From positions 7,067-31,066 of the forward strand of contig CAZHXE010000001.1 in assembly GCA_964536005.1 (NCBI GenBank): a DNA stretch of 24,000 bases, in the 5' to 3' direction. This DNA is from an uncultured Candidatus Saccharibacteria bacterium. Its GTDB lineage: Bacteria; Patescibacteriota; Saccharimonadia; Saccharimonadales; JBPEXE01. How positions within the stretch are numbered: position 1 is the first letter of the stretch; the number at the start of each line of letters is the position of its first letter. The translations under genes and the position numbers were made by a program. Of the stretch, positions 9,264 to 16,437 are shown piece after piece. The notes beneath the pieces are model-generated. The model was given only the letters and a program-made list of their open reading frames with translations. It had not been told where the DNA came from and searched no databases.

Positions 9264-9893
9264 ATGACACATTCAGTAATCGGGCTTGCAATCTTAGGAT
9301 TAGTTATCGGAGGCGCTGGCGGCTATGCCATTGGTAGCAGCATGAATGACGACTCCGAGCAGGACACGATGTCGCAACAAAATGAGAATCAGAGCATGTC
9401 ACAGGACAGCGACGGAGTGACCGTAGGTGGCGCCAAAATGGTTCGTTCCCTCGACATTGTAGAGAACGCAGCCAAAGCAAGTAACGTAACTACGGTGGTT
9501 GGTCTGGTCGAGCAAGCTGGGCTTGTCGATACGCTCAAGGGTGTGGGTCCATTTACGGTATTTGGCCCAAACAACGCCGCATTCGAAGCGGTTGACCCAG
9601 ATGTACTGGCTACAGTCGCAGGCGACAACGCGCTACTAAGAACGGTCCTTACCTACCACGTAGTACCAGGTACATACACATCTGCCGACTTGCGTGCACT
9701 CGCAAACAGTGGCGATAGCGTGAAAACTGTACAAGGTACCGAGCTGTCATTCAAGATCGTTGATGGTAACCTTGTTGTCGTAGACAAAGTTGGCCAAGAA
9801 GTAATGATCGAGACTGCCGACGTCATCTCGTCAAATGGCGTAACTCACGTCATCAAGAACGTGCTTCTGCCAGTTGACCCATCGACTCTTTAA
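9264..9893 (+). CDS. fasciclin (FAS1) domain protein, membrane-anchored/secreted
   Basis: SD GAGAGGAAG lies upstream of the ATG, and there is an N-terminal TM segment (VIGLAILGLVIGGAGGYAIG). FAS1 signatures are present: TVFGPNNAAFEAV, LTYHVVPGTYTSADL, SNGVTHVIKNVLLP. Confidence 0.9.
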   Translation: MTHSVIGLAILGLVIGGAGGYAIGSSMNDDSEQDTMSQQNENQSMSQDSDGVTVGGAKMVRSLDIVENAAKASNVTTVVGLVEQAGLVDTLKGVGPFTVFGPNNAAFEAVDPDVLATVAGDNALLRTVLTYHVVPGTYTSADLRALANSGDSVKTVQGTELSFKIVDGNLVVVDKVGQEVMIETADVISSNGVTHVIKNVLLPVDPSTL

Positions 9894-9913
9894 AGAGTAA
9901 AACCGTGAATTGG

Positions 9914-9944
9914 GCTCAGCGCGATGAGTGCTGGGCTCTTTTCT
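9914..9944 (+). terminator. candidate intrinsic terminator after the fasciclin gene
   Basis: GCTCAGC (9914-9920) pairs with GCTGGGC (9930-9936) as a 7-bp stem with one G-U and a 9-nt loop. TCTTTTCT follows at 9937-9944. Confidence 0.45.
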
Positions 9945-9988
9945 AAATAAAACTCATATTAAAACCCACCAAGGGAAAGGACGCGTAA

Positions 9989-11689
9989 ATGCTGTTGTTA
10001 CTCGGAGCGTTCATAGCTGGCATACTCACTGTGCTGGCACCGTGCGTATTGCCTCTGTTACCGATCATCATTGGAGGCTCGGTTTCAGGAGATGAAGCTG
10101 ACAAAAAACGACCACTATATATCACTGCTTCGCTTGCCCTGTCGTTGTTAGTCTTCACCCTACTGCTGAAGGCAACGACAGTGCTCATTGGTGTTCCGCC
10201 AGAGTGGTTTGCGTACATATCCGGCATTATCATCGTAGCCCTTGGCATATTCACGCTCTTCCCTTCTTTATACGCAACATTTTTAGCCAAAGTGGGCATT
10301 GAGTCTAAAGCCCTTAGCTTCTTAAGCAAAGGTCAGAAACAATCTAACCCAATGTTTGGCGCCATACTTACTGGTGCGGCCCTCGGACCGGTTTTTTCAA
10401 GCTGCAGCCCAGTCTATGGCTACATACTCGCCACTGTTTTACCGGTGAATTTCTCGCTGGCCATGCTGTACATGAGCGCCTACATCTTAGGACTGAGTTT
10501 TGTGTTGCTCCTGATTGGCTATTTCGGGCAGCGCTTTATTAAAAAAATCAGTTGGATGAGTAACCCTAAGGGTGCGTTTCAGCGTCTTATTGCTGTTTTG
10601 TTTATTATTGTTGGTCTGATGGTCTTCACTGGGCTTGATAAGGACTTTCAGGCCTTTATCTCGCGCAACACGCCGTTTAATATCGATGCGCTGAGCGCCA
10701 AATTAATTCCAGCCAGCCAAAGAGAGTACAAAGACGGCGAACTCCTTAACGTAGACCCCTACCCTGCCCCAGAATTTGCTGGGCTCGAGGATTGGATTAA
10801 CAGTGAACCTCTGACACTAGAGAGTTTGCGGGGACAAGTTGTACTGGTCGACTTTTGGACCTACAGTTGCATTAACTGCGTGCGCAATAACCCGTATATT
10901 GAAGGTTGGTATCAGCAATATAAGGACGACGGCTTTACGGTCATCGGTGCGCACGCGCCGGAGTTTGCGTTTGAGCGTAACGTTGAAAATGTCCAAAAGG
11001 CCGTGAGGGATCAAAACATAAGCTACCCGGTTGCGCTCGATAACGACTTCAGCACATGGGGCGCGTTTGAAAACCAGTTTTGGCCAACCTACTACCTAAT
11101 CGACGCCCAAGGAAACGTGCGACGAATCCATAGCGGCGAGGGCGAATATCGAGAGTCCGAGCAAGCTATTCGACAACTTTTGACCGAGAACGGCGCGTTC
11201 TTGTCGGACGACGAGATTACAACTGAAGGAGACGCCGTTGACTACATTACTAAGCAGCAAACACCCGAGACGTATCTTGGCCTAAAGCGAGCCAGCAACT
11301 TTGCAAGCAAGGAACCACTTGGCAGCGGCGGCCCATTTACGTCACCGGCGAAGCTTGCTTCAAACCAATGGAGCCTAAGCGGCAAATGGGACGTGGGTAA
11401 TGAAACGATCACATCGTCAGAAGACTCGGCCAAGCTTGCATTTAATATTCGTGCCAAAGCGGTGTATGTGGTCGCGTCTTCAGAGTCTGGCAATCAGATA
11501 AAAGTTTTGGTTAATGGCCAGCCAGCGAATGGCAGCAACGCAGGCAGCGACGTCAAAAATGGCGCCGTAACGGTGCAGGAAGCAAGGCTGTATCGGCTGG
11601 TTGAGTTTGACCAATTTCAGGAGTCAATTAATTTGGAGCTAACCGTCCCTAAGGGCGTTTCGCTTAATGTATTTACGTTTGGAAGTTAA
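9989..11689 (+). CDS. dipZ: DipZ-like fusion: CcdA/DsbD-type thiol-disulfide transporter + thioredoxin-like domain + C-terminal beta-rich domain
   Basis: The N-terminal polytopic part has the two conserved membrane Cys (LTVLAPCVLPLLP and GPVFSSCSPVYGY). The thioredoxin-like part contains VVLVDFWTYSCINCVRNNPYI (CxxC) and ...FWPTYYLIDAQGNVR. A ~150-aa C-terminal extension follows. This three-part architecture matches mycobacterial DipZ as I recall it. Confidence 0.85.
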   Translation: MLLLLGAFIAGILTVLAPCVLPLLPIIIGGSVSGDEADKKRPLYITASLALSLLVFTLLLKATTVLIGVPPEWFAYISGIIIVALGIFTLFPSLYATFLAKVGIESKALSFLSKGQKQSNPMFGAILTGAALGPVFSSCSPVYGYILATVLPVNFSLAMLYMSAYILGLSFVLLLIGYFGQRFIKKISWMSNPKGAFQRLIAVLFIIVGLMVFTGLDKDFQAFISRNTPFNIDALSAKLIPASQREYKDGELLNVDPYPAPEFAGLEDWINSEPLTLESLRGQVVLVDFWTYSCINCVRNNPYIEGWYQQYKDDGFTVIGAHAPEFAFERNVENVQKAVRDQNISYPVALDNDFSTWGAFENQFWPTYYLIDAQGNVRRIHSGEGEYRESEQAIRQLLTENGAFLSDDEITTEGDAVDYITKQQTPETYLGLKRASNFASKEPLGSGGPFTSPAKLASNQWSLSGKWDVGNETITSSEDSAKLAFNIRAKAVYVVASSESGNQIKVLVNGQPANGSNAGSDVKNGAVTVQEARLYRLVEFDQFQESINLELTVPKGVSLNVFTFGS

Positions 11690-11710
11690 AAAATTTAAGA
11701 GAGGAATCAA

Positions 11711-11959
11711 ATGGAAGTAACCATGTATTCAACCAAGTTGTGCGCCGCGTGCCATATGCTTACAAAATGGCTGGAAGACAAGTCGGTCGACTACACAAAG
11801 AAGCTGGTAGATGAAGACGAGCAAGCCATGGAAGAGTTCATGTCACTGAATGACGGCGCAATTGGTGTGCCTTTTACGGTCATAACCAACGAAAGTGGAG
11901 TGCATAAAATTACTGGGTTTGATAATGCTAGGTTGGGAGAGTGTTTGGCTTTGGGTTAG
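11711..11959 (+). CDS. glutaredoxin/NrdH-like small redoxin
   Basis: 82 aa with SD AGAGGAA upstream. MYSTKLCAACHMLTKWL carries a CxxC motif at the start of helix 1. ...GVPFTVI... is the cis-Pro region typical of the glutaredoxin fold. Confidence 0.8.
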   Translation: MEVTMYSTKLCAACHMLTKWLEDKSVDYTKKLVDEDEQAMEEFMSLNDGAIGVPFTVITNESGVHKITGFDNARLGECLALG

Positions 11960-12023
11960 GTTGCTTGAAGTGTGGGGCTGCGCGCATCTTTGTCAGAACA
12001 AACATTTTATGCTGTAGTAGCTA

Positions 12024-12272
12024 TTACAATCTCACGCTTGGTAAAATCTTTGACCCGCTCAGTATCGGATTCCTCAAGCTCTGGCGGGTCAGCCGTATTT
12101 TGCCTATTTTGTAACCTCTCGCACGAAGCTTTAGCAGCACGTCGGCGCTAGCGATCACCCAGCATAAAAAGGACGCTTTAAGACGGAAATAATTTAGATC
12201 GTAATTATCATAAAACTCTTTATTTAGTCGGTTCCGTAGCTCTTGGTCATTCGTAGGTTGATTATTGGACAT
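12024..12272 (-). CDS. hypothetical 82-aa protein, tightly linked downstream of the HEPN-motif gene
   Basis: The ATG at 12272 lies 6 nt after the TAA (12279-12281) of the upstream gene, on the same strand. I see no clear SD and recognise no family. It has an acidic/polar N-terminus and a basic C-terminus. Confidence 0.45.
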   Translation of the reverse strand: MSNNQPTNDQELRNRLNKEFYDNYDLNYFRLKASFLCWVIASADVLLKLRARGYKIGKIRLTRQSLRNPILSGSKILPSVRL

Positions 12273-12278
12273 GGTTTG

Positions 12279-13259
12279 TTACTTTTTCTTAGATGCTATT
12301 TTTAGAGTGAATTGTTGGACGTCTTGGCCACGCAGCTCGGGATAGATGCTCATTTGAAATATCCAATTTAAAATAAGAAAACGTGTCAGCTCTCTCAGGT
12401 GCTTAACTAGAGAGTTAAGCGCGTTAACATCATCCTCAAACTCTTTGATGGATCTGCCGAGCTTATATTTATGTAGGCCATCTTTCTTGGGTATGTGCTT
12501 GGCTGTCGGATAAAGGCCATTATGAATACTTCCGTTTCGGATGCGATACTTACAGGCGTCGATGACCGCCTTGTATTGCTTTCTGTTGGTGTCTGACTCA
12601 ATTTGAGAAAATAATTGTTGGTCAAACCATTTGTTGTTATTGATCGAACTATGTTTTAAGCCTTGCCTTCCACAATCATTACAGCTTACGAAGTTTGCGC
12701 ATTCAGGCGGCGCGCCTAATAGGGTCTCGATGATCGTAAAGTAGACAACAACCTGCCAGTAGCTCACATCTATATTCCTCAAAGAGAACGGTTTCAGGCT
12801 GCCTGCCACAAAATAATTAATTATCGACGTGTAGACCCTTACGTCTACTTTTAAAAATAGCTTGTATAGCTCCTCATAACTGATGGAGTTTTGGGTCAGA
12901 GCATCAAATACCTCGTCTAACACCTTTTCCTGGTCAAGGTATCTGTCATGGGCGACATGTTCACGTTGAACCTTTGCAAGCTCAGGGTTAAGCACATACG
13001 CCTGAGGGTTAGCATAGTAATCTACAAGCTCTACAGAATCAGTAAGCAAAGCATGAAAGTATAGCCATTTTTCATATTCATCGTTGTCCTTAATATCCAC
13101 TGCACGTATTGTTCTGCCAAAGTGCATACTGCCATCTTTTTCGACTTTTACATCAGGCCCGGGAGTCAACGAAAAGTACGGCAGATCTATGCGATTTTTC
13201 GGGGGGAGCCAGGTAGGGATAAAAAACTTACTACTTTTTGTCGATTCGTCATCGTTCAT
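12279..13259 (-). CDS. hypothetical protein with HEPN-like Rx4H motif (candidate Abi-type RNase)
   Basis: 326 aa with SD GAGG 7 nt upstream of the ATG. R241-N-G-S-I-H246 (nt 12522-12539, CGA AAC GGA AGT ATT CAT on the minus strand) fits the HEPN Rx4-6H signature with the common polar residue after Arg. It is embedded in KYRIRNGSIHNGLYP and preceded by a helical YFTIIETLLG segment and a CNDC pair. I recognise no other family. Confidence 0.75.
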   Translation of the reverse strand: MNDDESTKSSKFFIPTWLPPKNRIDLPYFSLTPGPDVKVEKDGSMHFGRTIRAVDIKDNDEYEKWLYFHALLTDSVELVDYYANPQAYVLNPELAKVQREHVAHDRYLDQEKVLDEVFDALTQNSISYEELYKLFLKVDVRVYTSIINYFVAGSLKPFSLRNIDVSYWQVVVYFTIIETLLGAPPECANFVSCNDCGRQGLKHSSINNNKWFDQQLFSQIESDTNRKQYKAVIDACKYRIRNGSIHNGLYPTAKHIPKKDGLHKYKLGRSIKEFEDDVNALNSLVKHLRELTRFLILNWIFQMSIYPELRGQDVQQFTLKIASKKK

Positions 13260-13441
13260 ACTGAATACCTCGAAGTTTCATTTAAGGTGATGTTATATAA
13301 CAGTTTAGACCAGTCAAACAACAATGTGCTACTTCATGAAATATCGGGAGCTGTGCACTCTATTGTTGGCTGCAATAGGGCTTCAATTTGCTCAGAATAA
13401 CCAAGTAAAGACATCATCACAACAATGGCACATATGCTTGT

Positions 13442-13580
13442 TGATACCAAGGAGAAAGCGGCTTCGCCTTCTCCGCTTCGCTCCATCGAACTCCCTTGAC
13501 GGAGTTCGATGCTCATCGACATGCACCACGAAGAAAGCCTACCATGTGGTGAGCTATTATCGTTGTGAAATACCATGTAT
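13442..13580 (+). repeat. structured direct repeat, copy A (more degenerate copy)
   Basis: It aligns by hand with 15523-15662, with 12 mismatches over the first 126 positions. There are identical blocks of 36 nt (13447-13482) and 28 nt. Hairpins: 13451-13474 (GGAGAA-A-GCG GCTT CGC-C-TTCTCC), 13487-13508 (CGAACTCC cttgac GGAGTTCG) and 13524-13567 (long hairpin with two mismatches relative to copy B). It lies in the 437-bp gap between the SEFIR gene stop and the HEPN-motif gene start. Confidence 0.85.
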
Positions 13581-13696
13581 CGAATTGGAATTGTATCCGT
13601 ACTGAGCTAAACGAATCGCGCACCGTTCTATCATCCGAATCTGTAGTCAGAAGTTGCGAACTGGTACGGGTGTAGAGTGGAACCGTGGATATTGGA

Positions 13697-15220
13697 TTAA
13701 GGTAGTTCAGCGATACGATCTGGCAACATCTTTGTAAATAAAGGAACGTTGAAGTTCCAACCAGCATTGTAGTTAATTTTTGATGTTACTTCGACTGCGG
13801 CTTCATACGCTTTTTGTAATTCGCCCACAGACTTCATGCCAAACATAGCTGAAATCTCGTCTGCACGTGATTTTGATATAAGCTCACCTAGTGGGTCAAT
13901 CAATTCCTCACTTCTATGGCTGTATACGGACAAGCGCGGGAACCACCAGTTATACCTGTTGTCGGGAAAATTGAACCTAGTCAGTAGGTACAGCAAACTG
14001 TCAGCATTGCGTAATTCGTCAAAGTCTAAGCCATCAAACTTAACTGCGTGCTCTTTTTGTATGTCTGCCGCAACACTGACACGGTTGAGGTTCAGCCTAC
14101 TATTTCTATAGTCATCCAGTGTTCGCATGTGCTGGTAGAAATCTGTAAAGGTCACAGCACGTAATTCGCCAAGGTGTGTTTTATAGAAGTAAGTCCTGTT
14201 AATCAGATTATGCACTACGCTGAAACGTCTGTGTTTGACTAACAAAGCCACAATACCCGTTGCAAGCTCGTGAACAACAAAACCGACGTTCTCGTAGTCG
14301 CTGTCACGCCAGGAGTTCACTCCAGGCAGCGGTGCTTGCTTGGCTTTAGCTGAGGTTAATAGTTTATCTATTTCTTCGGTCAATTTTTTATCATCGAGCT
14401 GACCATTCATAAGTAGCCCATCCAGTTCGTTAAGCATTGCGTTGGTGTATGGCTGCATAGATTCAATGCTCTCTAGTACTTTTTCGTCCACAGGTGTGTC
14501 GCCAGCTCCAACTTTCCTCAGCTTATCGAGTGCTTGAAGAAATGTTGCAGTAACTGCCTGGAGTCCAGAACGTGGTTTCTCTGCGTCAACCTGCTGCTCG
14601 GCTGTCTTTGGCAGCTTTTCGGCTGGATGCTTAGCTGTGCCTGTGAATGTTGGGATAGATCCAAGTACTGGCTTTACATACTTTGGCTGATTGTAGATGT
14701 GCCTAATAAGGTCATCGAAGTTTGCGTCAAACTGCGATTCGTCTGTGAAGTCGATGTAATGCCGTGATTTCATATACGTTGGTAAGCACGGTTTACCGTC
14801 CTGATTACGCTCAAATACTAGAGGAACTACTTTTGTCTGGTCAATCTTTTCATACACCTCAGGGCTAATCAGCTGCGTCTCCGTGCCTACGCCACCTCTT
14901 CGAGCATCTGCTTTTTCGGCATACTTTTTGTCCGCTATGACGAGTACGTGAGTGACGGCTTTGTCTGTCACTGATTGCTCCATAAATTTGTTCAGTTCGT
15001 GTCCTGGCTTGTTGTCGTAGATGTCAAGAATTACATCAATACCCTTGCCAAGCAATCTATCAGCAAACAACCTAACTCGCTCCTTGTGTTCTGGGTCGGA
15101 CCAGGCGTAAGACAAGAATGCCTTAGGGTGCTCGGTGCTACCCTGTGCGATTGACTTTAGCGCACCATCATCTGGTTTTAGTTTCTTATCATCATCTGTC
15201 TTATTAGGTTTGTTAGCCAT
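13697..15220 (-). CDS. SEFIR/TIR-like domain protein with uncharacterised ~320-aa C-terminal domain (candidate anti-phage NADase-type effector)
   Basis: 507 aa. Residues ~33-175 read AFLSYAWSDPEHKERVRLFADRLLGKGIDVILDIYDNKPGHELNKFMEQSVTDKAVTHVLVIADKKYAEKADARRGGVGTETQLI...VVPLVFERN...HYIDFTD. This matches my recollection of the bacterial SEFIR/TIR (flavodoxin-like) signature: F.SY.W, GIDV.LD, FMEQS, GGVG.E. The C-terminal part is helical-looking and carries no motif I recognise. Confidence 0.8.
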   Translation of the reverse strand: MANKPNKTDDDKKLKPDDGALKSIAQGSTEHPKAFLSYAWSDPEHKERVRLFADRLLGKGIDVILDIYDNKPGHELNKFMEQSVTDKAVTHVLVIADKKYAEKADARRGGVGTETQLISPEVYEKIDQTKVVPLVFERNQDGKPCLPTYMKSRHYIDFTDESQFDANFDDLIRHIYNQPKYVKPVLGSIPTFTGTAKHPAEKLPKTAEQQVDAEKPRSGLQAVTATFLQALDKLRKVGAGDTPVDEKVLESIESMQPYTNAMLNELDGLLMNGQLDDKKLTEEIDKLLTSAKAKQAPLPGVNSWRDSDYENVGFVVHELATGIVALLVKHRRFSVVHNLINRTYFYKTHLGELRAVTFTDFYQHMRTLDDYRNSRLNLNRVSVAADIQKEHAVKFDGLDFDELRNADSLLYLLTRFNFPDNRYNWWFPRLSVYSHRSEELIDPLGELISKSRADEISAMFGMKSVGELQKAYEAAVEVTSKINYNAGWNFNVPLFTKMLPDRIAELP

Positions 15221-15226
15221 AGTTAT

Positions 15227-15255
15227 ATTATCTCAGCTGTTGCGAACCATACCAA
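15227..15255 (-). promoter_or_regulatory. candidate sigma70-type promoter giving a leaderless SEFIR mRNA
   Basis: The minus strand reads TTGGTA (15255-15250), a 17-nt spacer, GATAAT (15232-15227), ATAACT, then the ATG at 15220. The -10 box ends 6 nt before the start codon and no SD is present. Confidence 0.4.
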
Positions 15256-15522
15256 GCATTAGCGTGATAATCTTGTAGAGTCCTTTCAGAGACTATAAGT
15301 TTGATGCACTACCATGAGGCATTATTTCAATGCTGATATGGCTAATGGATTCATAGTCATAATAAGATTAAAACATTAACTGGTTAGAGTAGTAAATATT
15401 TCATGCTCTATTATGAATCATATATATTCAGAGCCGCCAATATCAAGTTACAGCCCAAGTAAAGATTGATCATGGATTTGACGGTCTGCTGAACAACTGC
15501 TCCAAATTTCGATTTTCACTGG

Positions 15523-15662
15523 TGATTCCAAGGAGAAAGCGGCTTCGCCTTCTCCGCTTCGCTACGCCGAACTCCCTTGACGGAGTTCGATGCTCGTCGA
15601 CAAGCACCACGAAAAAAGCCCACCGTTTGGTGAGCTATTTTCGTGGTGAGCCCACGGGGTAT
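15523..15662 (+). repeat. structured direct repeat, copy B (better-paired copy), directly upstream of the HKD nuclease gene
   Basis: Same element as 13442-13580. Hairpins: 15532-15555, 15568-15589 (8-bp stem) and 15605-15648. The last is CACCACGAAAA AAGCcCACC gttt GGTGaGCT A TTTTCGTGGTG, with an 11-bp outer stem plus an inner stem. It ends ~70 nt before the probable nuclease start at 15731. Confidence 0.85.
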
Positions 15663-15712
15663 TTTCTGGAACACCCTAATCGATGATTTGGAAAAGTTAA
15701 CAGAGAAGATCG

Positions 15713-16237
15713 ATGAGCTGGAGGTCTTTGATGAAGTTATTTAGGAGCCATAGGAGCACGCGTATTGCTGATGATTTACTTAGATCTACTCTATTTGATG
15801 AGGAAAGTTTCTTCAAGATTATGAGTAGTGACATTAAGTCAGCACAAAAAGAAATTATAATTGAAAGTCCATTCGTAACCATACGTAGAGCATCTGAAAT
15901 TAGTAAGCTCTTTGAAAGGCTGCATGAAAAAGGCGTTAGTGTAATCGTGCACACTCGCAATCCCGAACACCACGATGGAAACCTAAAATTCCAATCTGTA
16001 CGAGGGATCGCTATTCTCCGTGAGTCTGGAGCAAAAGTAAAGATTCATGATGATATGCGACATCGTAAAATATGCATAGTAGACCGGCGTATTCTGTGGG
16101 AAGGAAGTTTAAACATGCTTTCACACAGCAGCAGTAAGGAAATAATGAGAAGAACCGAGTCCGAAGTATTATCCAAGCAGATGTTAAGATTTGCGAAACT
16201 CCACAAAAGTTTGAATGGTATACTACAGATATTATGA
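15713..16237 (+). CDS. single-HKD phospholipase-D-superfamily nuclease (Nuc-like)
   Basis: H117-R-K-ICIV-D-RRILWE-G-S-L-N134 (nt 16061-16114) is a perfect HxK(x)4D(x)6GSxN motif. The ~170-aa size and single motif are as in the homodimeric Nuc/BfiI-type nucleases. The likely true start is the second ATG at 15731 (MKLFRSH...), which has GGAGG (15720-15724) 6 nt upstream. Confidence 0.88.
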   Translation: MSWRSLMKLFRSHRSTRIADDLLRSTLFDEESFFKIMSSDIKSAQKEIIIESPFVTIRRASEISKLFERLHEKGVSVIVHTRNPEHHDGNLKFQSVRGIAILRESGAKVKIHDDMRHRKICIVDRRILWEGSLNMLSHSSSKEIMRRTESEVLSKQMLRFAKLHKSLNGILQIL

Positions 16238-16437
16238 CTGGCTACAAACCAACAAAAAATGATGTGCAGTTGTTGATTAACTGGCTAAAAGAGCACGATC
16301 CCGAAAACGCCAATGAAGAGGTAGCCAAACAGATGTTGGTTGATCTTAAGCTTAGTTTTCGCGCCATTGGTCTGAGTGATCCCGATTCTCTTGAAGATTT
16401 TTATCAATCTTTTATAGCTAATCGTACAAAAGACTAA
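16234..16437 (+). CDS. hypothetical 67-aa acidic protein, translationally coupled to the HKD nuclease
   Basis: There is an ATGA overlap: the ATG at 16234 overlaps the nuclease TGA at 16235-16237. The sequence MTGYKPTKNDVQLLINWLKEHDPENANEEVAKQMLVDLKLSFRAIGLSDPDSLEDFYQSF is helical-looking and Asp/Glu-rich, with no recognised family. Confidence 0.6.
   Translation: MTGYKPTKNDVQLLINWLKEHDPENANEEVAKQMLVDLKLSFRAIGLSDPDSLEDFYQSFIANRTKD

Noticed and set aside
9943-10329. 128-aa minus-strand ORF, plus the other antisense ORFs in the DipZ-like gene (10817..11014, 11242..11493)
   Set aside because: They are antisense to a long ORF that has conserved CcdA Cys residues and a thioredoxin CxxC motif.
13324-13767. 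ORFs 13324..13605 (+), 13334..13576 (-) and 13513..13767 (-) covering repeat copy A
   Set aside because: The equivalent frame in copy B has no ATG, and the minus-strand frame is interrupted there. The differences between copies are not synonymous-biased. The Arg-rich translation (RRKRLRLLRF) is what GC-rich hairpins give. I interpret this region as structured non-coding DNA/RNA.
13442-15662. Possibility that the two repeats are a CRISPR array, an integron attC pair or tRNA fragments
   Set aside because: There are only two copies, 2 kb apart, and each is far longer than a CRISPR repeat. Each copy is three separate hairpins rather than one imperfect palindrome with RYYYAAC/GTTRRRY cores. I see no T-arm (GTTCGAATC-like) or acceptor-stem pattern.
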